Shown piece after piece: positions 42,248 to 53,643 of a stretch of DNA of 61,573 nucleotides (position 1 is the stretch's first letter; every line of letters begins with the position of its first letter). This stretch comes from a virus. Lineage: Duplodnaviria; Heunggongvirae; Uroviricota; Caudoviricetes. The stretch covers positions 1 to 61,573 of the IMG/VR virus record IMGVR_UViG_2778261122_000001. One strand, 5' to 3'. The notes beneath the pieces are model-generated. The model did no database searches. It saw only the letters and a list, made by a program, of their open reading frames with translations, and was not told where the DNA came from. The translations under genes and the position numbers were made by a program.

Positions 42248-43581
42248 TGTCCGTTCCTGTAAATAATTTTCTGACCAGTTTTAGGATTTTTCGCGGTCAT
42301 ACCTTCTCGAAATGTTTGACCGCCAGATGTTGCTTGTTGTGTCTGTTGTTGCGCAGGCTGCTGAATATCTTCATACAGCTTGGCTTTTCTGGATTGCAAT
42401 TGCTTAGTTAGTCCGCTGGGGAGAGAATCTCCATAAGTTGAAAGATAATCATCCATTTGCTGATTAAACTTTTCGCCTTCAGTATTTGCCATCAGTTTTG
42501 AGGTGTTGATTAAGTCTTGGACTTGCTCATTATTCAGCATCTTGCCGTTAGATAATTGGCTAACATAGTTACCAAGTGTGCCGAATATTCCATCAGTGCG
42601 TTTTACCTGCACTTGCTCACCTTCGCGTACCACAGATTGCGGATCCAGCGATTTCATATAGTTGAAAATCATTCCCAACTGCGCGGCTGGAGTGTTGCGC
42701 TTCCCAAGGGCTTGTAGGTTGTCAGAAGCACTGCGCATTGCAGAATAATTCTTTGAGAACCCATTAATATCACTATTCAGATCTCGAACAAGTTTTGGGT
42801 CAATCTTTCCGCTTTCCTGTTGTTTCATCCCTAATTCCTGCAACTTCAGGGCGACGTTATCATTATGCATTTGTGCCCGCTGAGCCCTGTCTAGTTGAGC
42901 GTTCTGGATATTTGCCCATCCTCTCGCATTCTCCATATCAGCCTGACGGATGCTTTCATCCAATCGCCCTTTCTCAAGTTGGCGACCAACCATCTTGTCC
43001 TGTAAATCCCAATACTTTTCATGGCCTAATGCAAACTGACCATATTGTCCGATAAGTTGTGATGTTGCTTGTGGGTCTTTTTGATACATGCTGAGGAGTT
43101 GTTGTGGGTCTACCCCCTGATTAGACAATCTGGTTGCATTGTTTCCAATCCACTTGCTAAATGCATCACCACCCATCATGGAGGCAATTTGACCGCCTGC
43201 CGCTAGATTGCCAATTTCATCACGCTGGTCTTCGTCAGCCCACTTCATACCAGACTGAATCTTCTCTAATTGACCAGGATATTTGGTCATCAGATCTCGA
43301 ACCTGCTGTCGATCACCGGACTGGATGGCTGCCGCATATTCTTTTTGGAATGCAGCATCCGCTTCCTGTTGCTTTGCGGCTTGATATGTTTGAGCGACAC
43401 TACCAAGTCCCTGCAACGCCTGAAGGCCGATGTTATTGCGACCTGAACGCTCCATTTCGTTGTTCTGGCGAATATAGGCCAACGCCTCACTTACATCACT
43501 TGCCTTTGGCGCATTTGAGTTTTGCCCACCGATACCAGCAAGAAAACCGCCTGAGTTGATTCCTTGTTGCCAAGTAGCCAT
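42232..43581 (-). CDS. Ejection protein, P22 gp20 type
   Basis: 449 aa; position and size. Confidence 0.75.
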   Translation of the reverse strand: MATWQQGINSGGFLAGIGGQNSNAPKASDVSEALAYIRQNNEMERSGRNNIGLQALQGLGSVAQTYQAAKQQEADAAFQKEYAAAIQSGDRQQVRDLMTKYPGQLEKIQSGMKWADEDQRDEIGNLAAGGQIASMMGGDAFSKWIGNNATRLSNQGVDPQQLLSMYQKDPQATSQLIGQYGQFALGHEKYWDLQDKMVGRQLEKGRLDESIRQADMENARGWANIQNAQLDRAQRAQMHNDNVALKLQELGMKQQESGKIDPKLVRDLNSDINGFSKNYSAMRSASDNLQALGKRNTPAAQLGMIFNYMKSLDPQSVVREGEQVQVKRTDGIFGTLGNYVSQLSNGKMLNNEQVQDLINTSKLMANTEGEKFNQQMDDYLSTYGDSLPSGLTKQLQSRKAKLYEDIQQPAQQQTQQATSGGQTFREGMTAKNPKTGQKIIYRNGQWQPM

Positions 43582-43590
43582 ATTCCCACC

Positions 43591-44265
43591 TTAAAACAAT
43601 GATCCAAGACCACCGATAATACCGCCACCAATAGCGCCAACAGCTGTACCTATTCCAGGCACCACAGAGCCAATCATCGCCCCTGATGCCGCACCGCTCA
43701 TGGCACCGCCCAAAGCTGATTGCAATCCTGATGGTCGGTTAGCATTCGCCGCAGATGCTGCCGCCTGCTGTTGATACAATTGGCTGACGTTGTTAGCGTA
43801 GTTCTGTCCGGCGTTTGCCTGACCTGTAAGAGCACCAAGGCCGATATTTGCCAGATTGTTGTAGTTGTTCATCTGACCTGACAGCCAGTTTTGACCGAGT
43901 GTAGGTGCGATTGCTGCTAACTGGTTTCCTGTTGCTGTAGAGCCTAATCCACCCGTTGCCTCTGCTGCTGCCAGACTCTGGTAACGCGCCTGCCCTGCAA
44001 GGTCTTTATACTGCTGGGAGTTGTAATACTGGTTAAGCGCCTGACCTTGCCCCTGAAGAGAGGAAAGATTCTGCAACTGTGATACGTACTGCTGAGCGAG
44101 TGGCGTGAACGGTGCAAGGTTTTGCATGTTCGTCTGCCACATTTCACGCTGCAGTTCGATGCCCTTTTCAGTTGCGCGTGCCTGGGCTTTTGAACCGCCA
44201 TCACTGCCACCTTTGCAGTAAACAGTTTTGCTGAGGTGCTTATTGGCAATCTGGAAAATTAACAT
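43591..44265 (-). CDS. Ejection protein, P22 gp7 type
   Basis: 224 aa, Gly-rich C-terminus; position and size. Confidence 0.75.
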   Translation of the reverse strand: MLIFQIANKHLSKTVYCKGGSDGGSKAQARATEKGIELQREMWQTNMQNLAPFTPLAQQYVSQLQNLSSLQGQGQALNQYYNSQQYKDLAGQARYQSLAAAEATGGLGSTATGNQLAAIAPTLGQNWLSGQMNNYNNLANIGLGALTGQANAGQNYANNVSQLYQQQAAASAANANRPSGLQSALGGAMSGAASGAMIGSVVPGIGTAVGAIGGGIIGGLGSLF

Positions 44266-44722
44266 TCTTTAGCTCCTCGTATTTTGAGCGCGGTAACTGA
44301 TAAATCGTGATGCCTACAGGCTTTCCATTGCTGGTATAAGCATCATCAAGGTGACCAACACGGGTAGCGCCAAGCAAACGGATAATTGCCCGTCCGTATT
44401 TCGTTGTGTCAGGAACCATGGTGATGCTGTTAAGGAATGGTGAGTTTTCGAGAAGCCATTTGCAGAATAATCGATGCCCTTGCAGTGCATATTCACCACG
44501 GAATCCGGGGTCGTACACCGCATGGCATTCAACAACGCTATGCCAGAAGTTACGCACTTCATGAACGCCAGCCAGCACTAATCCTTCGTAGATGCCGAGG
44601 TATACCGCATCAGGCTTGATGTAGTATTTATCTCCACTGTCTACGATATTTCCCGTGTTTGCCGGGTTGTTAAGGAATTCTGCAAGCTTCACCGGGTTAT
44701 CGATGAGCTTTATTTCCATCAC
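44240..44722 (-). CDS. Head-completion/ejection-associated protein, P22 gp14 type
   Basis: 160 aa; position and size. Confidence 0.7.
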   Translation of the reverse strand: MMEIKLIDNPVKLAEFLNNPANTGNIVDSGDKYYIKPDAVYLGIYEGLVLAGVHEVRNFWHSVVECHAVYDPGFRGEYALQGHRLFCKWLLENSPFLNSITMVPDTTKYGRAIIRLLGATRVGHLDDAYTSNGKPVGITIYQLPRSKYEELKNVNFPDCQ

Positions 44723-45672
44723 TGCTCCGCAATGATTTTGATTGTTGTGGCAGTAAACGCCGCACCATTTGACTGAATGGTTAACGTGCTGCCATTTGTG
44801 GCAAGAAAGCCGTCTTTATCCACGCTGAAGAACGTAGCTAACAAGATGTTATCGGTTGTTGTCGCCGAGTTGCGACTGCTTACCAGTGTGTCAGGAACAG
44901 AGCCGGAAAAGGTTAGCTGCATTGACCTGTTGGTGGTTCCGCTGGGCCACGTCCCGACAATAGACAGCTTGAAGAACAAGGTTTTGTTCTCGTTGAACAC
45001 AACCATCTTGTTGTTAACGGTGTCGAAGAATGGTGCCAACGTGCCGGATGACGGCGTGAGCGTTTTCAGCAGGCTAACAAGGTTGGTCGGCGCTGTTGGA
45101 ATGGTTACCGATACTCCTGAGTAAACAACCTCTGACTTCTTGCGAGTAGTGGCATACTCAAGCGCAGATATTCTTGTTGAGTGATCACCAACTGTGCTTT
45201 GAAGCGTCGAAATGCTTCCTTCAGCCGCTGTTAGCCTGGTATCCAGTGCGTCGATATCTGTTGCATTCTGAGTTATGCGCGCATTATGGTTTGCTAACTC
45301 AGATTCATTGGCAGCAATTCGCGTCTCGTGATCAGCCAGCTCTGTTTCAGCAGCCGTAATCCTTGTTTCATGATCTGCAAGAGTGCTTTCCGCTGCTGAA
45401 ATTCTATGTTCATGATTGGTGAGAGTTGCTTCAGCAGCTTCAATTCTGGATTCATGGTCTGCAAGGGTGACATCCTGCTCATCATTCTTCACCTGTGCAT
45501 CATAAGCCCCCTTCCCTGCTTCGTTGGCCTTGTTTGCCACGTTACCAACATCAGCACCCTGTGCAATAACGTACAACAGATATGACTGCGAGAAGATATC
45601 GCGTGGAAGGACTGATGTGTCGAGTCGTGTAGCCTGAATGATTACCGGCTCATTGAGATTCGAATCAGCCAT
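44719..45672 (-). CDS. Tail needle protein (gp26 type) with heptad-repeat coiled coil and C-terminal knob
   Basis: Tandem [11 protein letters not shown] heptads mirrored as DNA repeats; 317 aa. Confidence 0.75.
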   Translation of the reverse strand: MADSNLNEPVIIQATRLDTSVLPRDIFSQSYLLYVIAQGADVGNVANKANEAGKGAYDAQVKNDEQDVTLADHESRIEAAEATLTNHEHRISAAESTLADHETRITAAETELADHETRIAANESELANHNARITQNATDIDALDTRLTAAEGSISTLQSTVGDHSTRISALEYATTRKKSEVVYSGVSVTIPTAPTNLVSLLKTLTPSSGTLAPFFDTVNNKMVVFNENKTLFFKLSIVGTWPSGTTNRSMQLTFSGSVPDTLVSSRNSATTTDNILLATFFSVDKDGFLATNGSTLTIQSNGAAFTATTIKIIAEQ

Positions 45673-47090
45673 TACTCAATCCTTATCTGGCAACCAGACA
45701 GAGTGACAGGTGACTTCGTGATAACGCGCAATTTGAAGCCAACATTTTTCCTGATGCGCCCTACTCGCTTCCACAAAACGCGCTTGTCGTAAACGAACGG
45801 TTCATTCTGCTCAATCATCTGCTCACGCCCGTAATTGATGCCGTCAGTGGTTGCAGAGAGAAAAAGGCGGTCAGCATACTGCGCAACTCCAGTTGACGAT
45901 TCAACTTCAAGGTCGAAAACTCTGGTGTTATCCGCTTTGAACAACGGAGTAAACAGCAGGTGTTCCTGTTGCTTGTCGTACTGACTGCTGATGTCGAACT
46001 GCAATTTCCCGGTCACGGACTCCAGCTTATCGCCGCACGTTATCTGATTGCCTTCGTAAATGAAGTCGATAGCGCGGTACACATCGTTATACAGGCCTGT
46101 TTTCAGCACACACCATTGCGGACCATTGGCGCTTGAAGATGCGTCGTACACCAGAACATGGCGCGGAAGATGGATAATCAGCAGCTCATGCGCATCAAAT
46201 CGCAGAGACTCCATCACGCCATCAGCCAGTTCATCAGCAGTGTAGGAGCGTAGTATTTTCTCAATGCTCGCGCTGGCGATTGGTGATACCTGACCGGAGC
46301 CGATGATATACACAGACGGCGCACCTGTTGCCGGATTGCTGATAAACGCATAGGAATCAGCGAATGGCGTTTTGCAGTAAGTCCCGGCGATACCTTTTTG
46401 CACCATCAGTGATGGCTGTGCGACATACAAAGCAGCACCAACTGTGGTTGCGCCAGTCAGGGAGAAATATTCAATAGTCGATGTACCAAAGCAGACGATG
46501 AAGTCTCGCCATGTTCCGATTCCGATGATGCCGTCAGGCTGTGATTCTGCGCGATATTGTGCGCTGTATCGGTCAGGATGCGATTCGTCTCCAAGGTCAG
46601 TGATAAACCATGAATCAGTACCGTCTTTTGACCACGCATAACGCCCACGTAAGCGCGTAATATCACGAACCGAACCTAACTCATACTGCGTAAACCCGCT
46701 GTCTGCAGGCCAGTTTGAGACGGTTTTAACCGTGCCATCATAGCGATACTCGACCAGTTGACCGTTAACGCCTACCGCCTGTGATGTCCGACCATGCGCC
46801 ATTGATACACGACCACTTCCGGCGACGTCACCGACTTCGCTTTCGCCTTTGTAGAGCTTGCCGCCACACACACGATAAACAGCATTCTGCGCCATGTTGT
46901 ACTCGACGCCGCGCGATACGCCGTTTACATCAGAGCGTTTGGCAATGCCCGGGAATGAGCGAAGATATCCGCTGCTGTTCAGGATTTCTTTGGGTGTAGC
47001 CAACATATTCACTGGCAGATAGTCGATATAGTCGGCGTTTCGAAAGTCTTTGCCGACACCTTTCATAAGCGGAAGTTGCTGAATCGGCAT
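45672..47090 (-). CDS. Tail hub protein, P22 gp10 type
   Basis: 472 aa, same length as P22 gp10; position. Confidence 0.8.
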   Translation of the reverse strand: MPIQQLPLMKGVGKDFRNADYIDYLPVNMLATPKEILNSSGYLRSFPGIAKRSDVNGVSRGVEYNMAQNAVYRVCGGKLYKGESEVGDVAGSGRVSMAHGRTSQAVGVNGQLVEYRYDGTVKTVSNWPADSGFTQYELGSVRDITRLRGRYAWSKDGTDSWFITDLGDESHPDRYSAQYRAESQPDGIIGIGTWRDFIVCFGTSTIEYFSLTGATTVGAALYVAQPSLMVQKGIAGTYCKTPFADSYAFISNPATGAPSVYIIGSGQVSPIASASIEKILRSYTADELADGVMESLRFDAHELLIIHLPRHVLVYDASSSANGPQWCVLKTGLYNDVYRAIDFIYEGNQITCGDKLESVTGKLQFDISSQYDKQQEHLLFTPLFKADNTRVFDLEVESSTGVAQYADRLFLSATTDGINYGREQMIEQNEPFVYDKRVLWKRVGRIRKNVGFKLRVITKSPVTLSGCQIRIE

Positions 47091-47099
47091 TTATTCACC

Positions 47100-47561
47100 T
47101 CACGTACTCGGATCATCTTTCTCGATGTAAAACCGATTCCACGTAAACGCGCTTTTGTTACCACTACCGCGAGGCATGTCATTTCGCCGCTCAAGTGGTG
47201 GTATTTTGGTTAAAGCGATACAGATTGTCTGATATGCACTGTCAGCAGCGGTAAGGAGAACGTCTGACGGCTGAATGACGTTATCCATGCACACTTGCAC
47301 AGCGAGTTTCAAAGCGACGCCATCATTTGCCCATGCAGGGATACCTGAATCATCGTCAGGTAACGGCATGATGCCGTTTTCTGTATCCGCAAACTGATAT
47401 CCAAGCTCGATACCTTTCGCCTGCCATGCTGCCATCATGTCTTCGAGGTCATTAATGGCATCTTCAATTGCCTGAGGGTCGGCATCTGTCAACGTGGCAT
47501 TGGAATACAGCCCGGCTTTTCGTAAAGCCTTAAGAACGAGATCACCCTTCGTTTTCGCCAT
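47100..47561 (-). CDS. Head-completion/tail adaptor protein, P22 gp4 type
   Basis: 153 aa; position between coat and gp10. Confidence 0.6.
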   Translation of the reverse strand: MAKTKGDLVLKALRKAGLYSNATLTDADPQAIEDAINDLEDMMAAWQAKGIELGYQFADTENGIMPLPDDDSGIPAWANDGVALKLAVQVCMDNVIQPSDVLLTAADSAYQTICIALTKIPPLERRNDMPRGSGNKSAFTWNRFYIEKDDPST

Positions 47562-47769
47562 CTTCTTCCGCCTTAGCCACTTTTTGCTTCGTTGCGGTTT
47601 CTTCAGGAGTTTTTACCCAGCCTTTTTTCAGGTGAGATTTAACTTCTTCGTCATCAACAATGATGTAATCGACAGTAAACTGACCACAGGTGATCATGTT
47701 GCCCGGCTTATAGAGCATTGTTCGTGCCATTGTCTTCTCCCAATAAAAATGGGGCCGAAGCCCCACCAA
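47542..47769 (-). CDS. Hypothetical small protein between coat and gp4
   Basis: 75-aa ORF in operon. Confidence 0.4.
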   Translation of the reverse strand: MVGLRPHFYWEKTMARTMLYKPGNMITCGQFTVDYIIVDDEEVKSHLKKGWVKTPEETATKQKVAKAEEDGENEG

Positions 47770-47771
47770 AA

Positions 47772-49025
47772 TTACTGCCCGGCAATAACGATGCCCGTAT
47801 ATTCAGGAACAAGTACAGAGCAACCGTACAGAGTGGTGAAACGAGCAGTGGTTACGCCTTTGATGTGGTCGAAGGCGTAAGACATGATCAGCGTAGCGCC
47901 CTGCTCGGTGGTTGCTGTCATTACCTGTGGACCCTGACCAGTCGGGAACGCCAGTTTGCCGTACATCAGCTCAACAGAACCATCAGCCCAGAACAGGTTA
48001 GCCGGTGCAGCATTCTTGTTGAGAATGGTGATTGCTGCGCTATTTGCCGCGTTAGCATCAACGTTTGCATATGGTCGGCTGGCGACATCCGCGTTGTCAG
48101 GCGGCAGAATTTTCGGGGAGATAGTTACTGTCGTTCCGCTTACTGCCAGAACGCGGAATACCTGCGGCTGCCCGGTGGTATCTTTGGTGATCTGGTGTAC
48201 GGAATTCACCCCTGCAATGGTAAACGCATCGCCAACCTGCAAACCTTCAGCAGATACCGTAATGGTCCCCTGTCGGTTATCAACTGGCATATCGTTAGCA
48301 TCTTTCGCGTCAACTTTGTGCGCAGGTGCTGCTGCCAGCGTCAGGGAAGTTGCTGTACCCTTCGGAACACGACCAGAAATATCGGTCTTGTAGCTATCGA
48401 AGGACGCAACCGGAGGGATCTGCGCTTTTTCGTATGCTGTCAGGGTTGCGCCCTGAGCATAAGCACGGTGACCAAGCTCGCCAGCAAGGTCTTTATAGTT
48501 GAAGGGGTTCCAGAAAGAGCGACGGTTGATACCTTGAGGTACACCAATCGCCGTCATGGTGGCATCAATACCTGCCGCACAGTTCCACAAATCACGGCCC
48601 TGTGAACCTGTGGTTGAGTCAGCCATCGTGATCACGTTAGTAGCACGCTGCGTGACCATGGAAATCAGGTCAGAGTCAATCTGTGCAGCAAGGCGCATAC
48701 CTGCGGCTCGACCAGCTTCAGTTTTATGTTCCGGGTCACGCATTTCACGCGCATCCAGAGTGTACAGAATGTTTTTCGGCTCCTTGAACACAGAAGGAAC
48801 AAGGCGCTGAACCAGTGCTGTTGGCGTTTTGCTGCTGAGATCGAGGCCTTCTTCAATGTTCATGTGGTAATGCTGCGGACGATACAGAACATCACCTGCT
48901 CGCTGCATTGCTGTATCACCGGGACGGAATTTTTTAGCGTTACGGGAAACTACGCAGGCGGCCTCAAAGCCTTCAACGTAGTTTTCGAACATGATTTCAA
49001 GGTCTTTTGCTAATTGGTTAGCCAT
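47772..49025 (-). CDS. Major coat protein (P22-like)
   Basis: 417 aa; position between scaffold and gp4. Confidence 0.8.
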   Translation of the reverse strand: MANQLAKDLEIMFENYVEGFEAACVVSRNAKKFRPGDTAMQRAGDVLYRPQHYHMNIEEGLDLSSKTPTALVQRLVPSVFKEPKNILYTLDAREMRDPEHKTEAGRAAGMRLAAQIDSDLISMVTQRATNVITMADSTTGSQGRDLWNCAAGIDATMTAIGVPQGINRRSFWNPFNYKDLAGELGHRAYAQGATLTAYEKAQIPPVASFDSYKTDISGRVPKGTATSLTLAAAPAHKVDAKDANDMPVDNRQGTITVSAEGLQVGDAFTIAGVNSVHQITKDTTGQPQVFRVLAVSGTTVTISPKILPPDNADVASRPYANVDANAANSAAITILNKNAAPANLFWADGSVELMYGKLAFPTGQGPQVMTATTEQGATLIMSYAFDHIKGVTTARFTTLYGCSVLVPEYTGIVIAGQ

Positions 49026-49043
49026 GCTTAATGCTCCGATAGG

Positions 49044-49937
49044 TTATTTTTTTGCCTTTTTAGCGGCGAAATACGGCGTCCAGTCACCAGTTTCCAGCGC
49101 CTTGGCTTTCAATTTGTCGAGGTTGTTGATTACTGCGCCGTTGCTCCCCTTAACTGTCGGGGTTGTGGCTGCCGTGGTTTTTGCTTTTGGCATGATTCTG
49201 GCCTTAGATTCGATACGTTCCAGCAGACGACCAATTGCTACGGGGTTGGTAGCTTCTGCCAGTTGCTTGCGCAGTTCAGCGTTGCGACCAAGCGCCAGAA
49301 CAACGATTTCCGGCTTCTCTGACTCAAACAGGATCGCGTTTTGTGTCTCGATGGGGATTTCCTCGAGTACGGCCTGTTCTGCTTCCTGATAGCCAGGAAC
49401 CTTGAGAGCCTTAACACGTTGCTGATATTTGGATAATCGCTCTTGATAAGCAGCCTGAAGCTCCTGCTCCTTCTGCTTGCGAACCATCTCCTGTTGCTGG
49501 TACTTTCCGTTATCCTCTGCCCACTTAGCCATGCGTTGCTGATAGATTTCTTCATCGAAACCGATGTCCTCATCATCCAGTTTTGGCATTCGCGGTGGTT
49601 GAGTTATTACCGGCTGCTGCTCGACGGGTTTCTGAGACTGACGCATCAGCTCTTTCAGCTCGCGGTCTTTCTCTTTAATCGTCTTGCGCAGGTGTTTTAC
49701 CAGTCCATGCTCTGCGCCATCTTCGCTGGTTGGCGAATCCAGCTTTTCGTCACCAAAGTAGAATTCCTGTTCTGATTCGTCGTCATCAGTTTCAGTAGCT
49801 TCCTCTGCATCATTGCCGGAGGACTCACTGCCATCTTCTGTTTCGACTTCTTCAGCCAGTTCGACATCATCAGGAATCTGCTCTGACGCGTCGGTTTCGA
49901 TTTCAACTTCTGGTGTGTTTTCTGCCATCTGGTCCAT
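49044..49937 (-). CDS. Scaffolding protein
   Basis: 297 aa, acidic N-terminus, helical, basic C-terminus; between portal and coat. Confidence 0.8.
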   Translation of the reverse strand: MDQMAENTPEVEIETDASEQIPDDVELAEEVETEDGSESSGNDAEEATETDDDESEQEFYFGDEKLDSPTSEDGAEHGLVKHLRKTIKEKDRELKELMRQSQKPVEQQPVITQPPRMPKLDDEDIGFDEEIYQQRMAKWAEDNGKYQQQEMVRKQKEQELQAAYQERLSKYQQRVKALKVPGYQEAEQAVLEEIPIETQNAILFESEKPEIVVLALGRNAELRKQLAEATNPVAIGRLLERIESKARIMPKAKTTAATTPTVKGSNGAVINNLDKLKAKALETGDWTPYFAAKKAKK

Positions 49938-50027
49938 TTGTTACCCCTGTTTACTCGATGTTCAGCCCATCGGAAGGCAATAGGGTGCCAGGCCTCATAA
50001 AGACAGCCATTGCACGTTATGGGTTAA

Positions 50028-52226
50028 TTACTGCTGTGGTTGTTGCTGAGTTGATTTTTGCAGGATGCTGCTGATGTCCATGCGCTGCGCATGACCCTGT
50101 GCCTGACTTTTCAGGACAAGCTCTGCATCAGCACGGGCATTGTCTCCTTGCTGTTGCTGGAACTGTCCGAGCAGTTTCAGAGCCTCGCGGATATCAGATT
50201 TCTGCTGACTATCGGCAGATGCGAGTATTTTCACAACATTTGCCGCTGCAACCTGAGCATCAGTCTGTGCCTGGAATGCTTTAACCTGAATGGCTGCCTG
50301 TTCGTTCTGCGCTTTCTGCAATTCAGCCTGACCAGCAAGAAGCTGACCTTGCGCAGCAACCATAGCCGGATCTGGCTGACTGGCCTGTTGTTGTTTCGCC
50401 TGCTCAACCATCTGCTGTTCTTCTGGTGTTCTCGGCTTGATAACTCCAGACAGAAGCAACTGATTGCGGTTGTATTCTTTAAGGTCGTCCATCCCTTCAC
50501 CGTCCATATTGTCGAGAATCATCGACGATACAAGGTCGTGCTTCGGCGTTCCTGGTGGGATAAGTGCCAGCATGGAAAGTAACGACTTAACCGTTGCATC
50601 ACGGCGAGTAGCGAACGACTGACCAACATCGACAGTCACTTCATAGTTACCCTGCGAAAGGTCGTTAAGCGCGATAACCTGCCCTGTCTGACGGTCAACC
50701 ACTTCACCAGTCATCAGCGCCACGTCATCGCTGCCGTCCTCATTAACGATACGCATCGGCGTATCACTGCCATAGACCTCACGCGCCATAGAAAGCCACA
50801 CGACGCCAGCGCGGCGCATGGATTTAGCCATGTTGTCCATGTAGATATAGGACTGCGTGTCCATCCGGTTAAAGATGCTATCAACGGTATCGGTGGCGAC
50901 GTTGCTCGGCATGTTCTCAAGCTGCGACGCACCTGTAATTTGCTGAATAGCCGTTCCGGTGTACTGCAATAGCCCGGCAAGAGCAGGAGGCATTTGTGTC
51001 GGAGGTGTATAACTGCTGACCTGAGCCTGCGCAGTAATATCTCCGTTTTTGTTTTTCAGACTTACCATCGGCAGGAACGCCGGGCGCTTTTTGTTGCGCT
51101 CCGCCCAATTATTGGCGAGAGGACCAGGAATCATGTCAACATCAACTACAGGAATGCCATCACCGCCAGCCTGAGTAGCGTTATCTGCAATCATGGAAAC
51201 CATCAGGTTCTCAAGACGCTGTGCATCCATCGCTTTTGCTGCGTGGCCTTCGATTCGCTCCTGATTATCAACAAATGAGCGACGCCCATATACCGGGATG
51301 AGAGGAATATGTTCGCCCGGAATACGCTTCGGTTCTTCCAGCCATTCAGCGCCAGACAGAAGACCGCAATAAACGCGGCGTTTCTTCACCGTTCGCTCGC
51401 CAATCAGTTCGAATGCACCATCGGTCAGCTCGTCGACAATATCTTTGATTTGCTCTTCATCATAGATTGCTGTTTCTCCGCTGACAGGATTGCGCCACGC
51501 CGTGAGCTTCACCTTCTCTATGCGAACTTCGTAGTAGCGTCCAACATAGATGGCATCGGGCGTTGACCAGTCATACTGAGCACCAGTGTCATCACGAGAA
51601 AGGCTTGCCGCGATGGAATCAGGATATTCAGTCTCGAACGCTTTAGGCGTCATGGAGAACATTTCCATAGCCCACATAGCATCAGAGCGGTCATATTGCT
51701 TGCTGTCCTGATCGAAGAAGACGCATGTCGCTGGGTCGTAAACCGGGAGAAGGCTGATGCGGCGCTGCTCGTTACTCGGATCCATTTCATCTTCGTAATC
51801 GGCACACATGCGGAAACAACCGAATCCGCCCGTTACGGCATCATCAAATGCGTTATCACACGCTTCGCCACCGGATGTTTCCTGATAGTCAGCGCGGAAT
51901 TTGCCGTTCATCTTTTCGGCTAACGCTTCCGATGCCTTGTCGTCCTTCGGCCTGAATTTAACGCTGATGCGATTCTGTCGATACTCGCCAATGATGCGAT
52001 CACATTCACGGGCAATCTTATTCAGTTCAAAGCGCGGGTAATGCTCAAACCTGCCTTCATCAAATGAGTAACCAGCGTTTGTGCTGCCTTCCCACTGTGC
52101 GCCGGATACCCGGACGAAACGTTGAGCCTCAATAATCTGCTCACGCATATCCTGCGTTGCTGACCAGGCATTATCAAAGTTGCACAGCACCTTGCGATGC
52201 CAGTCAGTCATCTTTTTTTCTTCCAT
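50028..52226 (-). CDS. Portal protein (P22 gp1 type)
   Basis: 732 aa; C-terminal Gln-rich helical barrel region. Confidence 0.85.
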   Translation of the reverse strand: MEEKKMTDWHRKVLCNFDNAWSATQDMREQIIEAQRFVRVSGAQWEGSTNAGYSFDEGRFEHYPRFELNKIARECDRIIGEYRQNRISVKFRPKDDKASEALAEKMNGKFRADYQETSGGEACDNAFDDAVTGGFGCFRMCADYEDEMDPSNEQRRISLLPVYDPATCVFFDQDSKQYDRSDAMWAMEMFSMTPKAFETEYPDSIAASLSRDDTGAQYDWSTPDAIYVGRYYEVRIEKVKLTAWRNPVSGETAIYDEEQIKDIVDELTDGAFELIGERTVKKRRVYCGLLSGAEWLEEPKRIPGEHIPLIPVYGRRSFVDNQERIEGHAAKAMDAQRLENLMVSMIADNATQAGGDGIPVVDVDMIPGPLANNWAERNKKRPAFLPMVSLKNKNGDITAQAQVSSYTPPTQMPPALAGLLQYTGTAIQQITGASQLENMPSNVATDTVDSIFNRMDTQSYIYMDNMAKSMRRAGVVWLSMAREVYGSDTPMRIVNEDGSDDVALMTGEVVDRQTGQVIALNDLSQGNYEVTVDVGQSFATRRDATVKSLLSMLALIPPGTPKHDLVSSMILDNMDGEGMDDLKEYNRNQLLLSGVIKPRTPEEQQMVEQAKQQQASQPDPAMVAAQGQLLAGQAELQKAQNEQAAIQVKAFQAQTDAQVAAANVVKILASADSQQKSDIREALKLLGQFQQQQGDNARADAELVLKSQAQGHAQRMDISSILQKSTQQQPQQ

Positions 52227-52227
52227 A

Positions 52228-53643
52228 TCAACCTACACCACAAGGAATTGAGTAACTGTAATAGTCGGGTTGCGCAGCCGACTCCGGGCAATGCATACAC
52301 ATCATCAGCGCATCAGCCAGGTTAGGAGATGGAATACCGAGCTTCTGCTTCATTTCGACCTTAGTCATAAGCTCCAGCTTCCCGTTGTTATTGAATTTGC
52401 GCTGAATCTGCGTCAGTTCTGCAAACAGCTTCTCCAGCATCTTCTCGCCTATTGCTTCTTTGTCGAAACTCAGCATGTCGTCGGGGTCTGCATACTCACC
52501 GTGGACAACCGCCCGATATGTCAGATAAAGCCTGTCAGCCAGCGCGTAATAGAATTGCGCTCGCTTATTGCGGAACACATCACCAATAGTGCGAACGTTG
52601 TCACCCTGTACGACTTCATCAGCCCATGCTCCGGCCTGATACGGAGCATCTTCATCGAATGGCGATTCGCTGCCCTTGAACATCGTGGCGGTGATTTTCT
52701 TGCCGGAGAACGCTTCCGTTGTCTGTCTGCGTAGCCCGGCACCAACACCATCACCATCCCACAGGTAATGGTCAGCGCCGTCTTCAATCGCCAGCGAAGT
52801 AGCCCAGTCAGCACCCTCGTTGATGTCCATCAGCAGACCTTCGGCAATGCGCTTAACTACCGAACCGTGGCGCGATGCATAACCTTTGGCATCCGGCCCT
52901 GTATCTGATGGGTCATGCGCAGAAACAACCGCGCCTTTCGCTTTCCATCCGAGTTTCTTGTGCGCATCGGTTGCGGCTTCAAGCCATTCACGTTTGATGA
53001 TTGCCATATCACTTGCGCTTACCGGCTCACCAAGCCAGATGTGACGATACAGTGTCGGATTTCTGCGTTTACACTCTTCCATCTCCAGACGGAGAACTTC
53101 AGGAAAGTGCGGATTGTCGGTGTAGTTCACCGTCAGCAGGCAAATATCATCGGGAGGATTTACAACGAATCGCTGATAGGTATCGTCGAGGATGTTCTTC
53201 GGGTTAAAGCTCACCCATATTTCGGAAAACGGCTTGCGGATGGTTGGTATCAGGATATCCCATGATTCCTTCGTTACCGCTTCCGCTTCTTCCACCCAGC
53301 AGATATCAATACCTTCGAGCGATTTAATCTTCGTCGGGTTGTTTTTGATGCCGTAGAACATGAACTCAGCATTCGTTCCGAGATGACGAATCATGGAACG
53401 CTGAATTTCAAACTCAGCCGAATACCCTTCACGCTCGATGGTATCTTCAAGCAACCGGATTACCGAATCGCTGATACTGTTTTGCAGTTCACGAGCGCAG
53501 AGAATACGCACTGGCTGACGACGCGCCGCTTCAACAAGCAGTCTCGCAATTGCCCATGACTTACCGCTACCTCGACCGCCTTTGGCGACTTTGTAGCGAT
53601 GCGCCTCAATGAACGGTTCAAAGATAGGATTAATCGAGGTCAT
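52228..53643 (-). CDS. Terminase large subunit
   Basis: 471 aa; Walker A-like VAKGGRGSGKS near N-terminus. Confidence 0.85.
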   Translation of the reverse strand: MTSINPIFEPFIEAHRYKVAKGGRGSGKSWAIARLLVEAARRQPVRILCARELQNSISDSVIRLLEDTIEREGYSAEFEIQRSMIRHLGTNAEFMFYGIKNNPTKIKSLEGIDICWVEEAEAVTKESWDILIPTIRKPFSEIWVSFNPKNILDDTYQRFVVNPPDDICLLTVNYTDNPHFPEVLRLEMEECKRRNPTLYRHIWLGEPVSASDMAIIKREWLEAATDAHKKLGWKAKGAVVSAHDPSDTGPDAKGYASRHGSVVKRIAEGLLMDINEGADWATSLAIEDGADHYLWDGDGVGAGLRRQTTEAFSGKKITATMFKGSESPFDEDAPYQAGAWADEVVQGDNVRTIGDVFRNKRAQFYYALADRLYLTYRAVVHGEYADPDDMLSFDKEAIGEKMLEKLFAELTQIQRKFNNNGKLELMTKVEMKQKLGIPSPNLADALMMCMHCPESAAQPDYYSYSIPCGVG

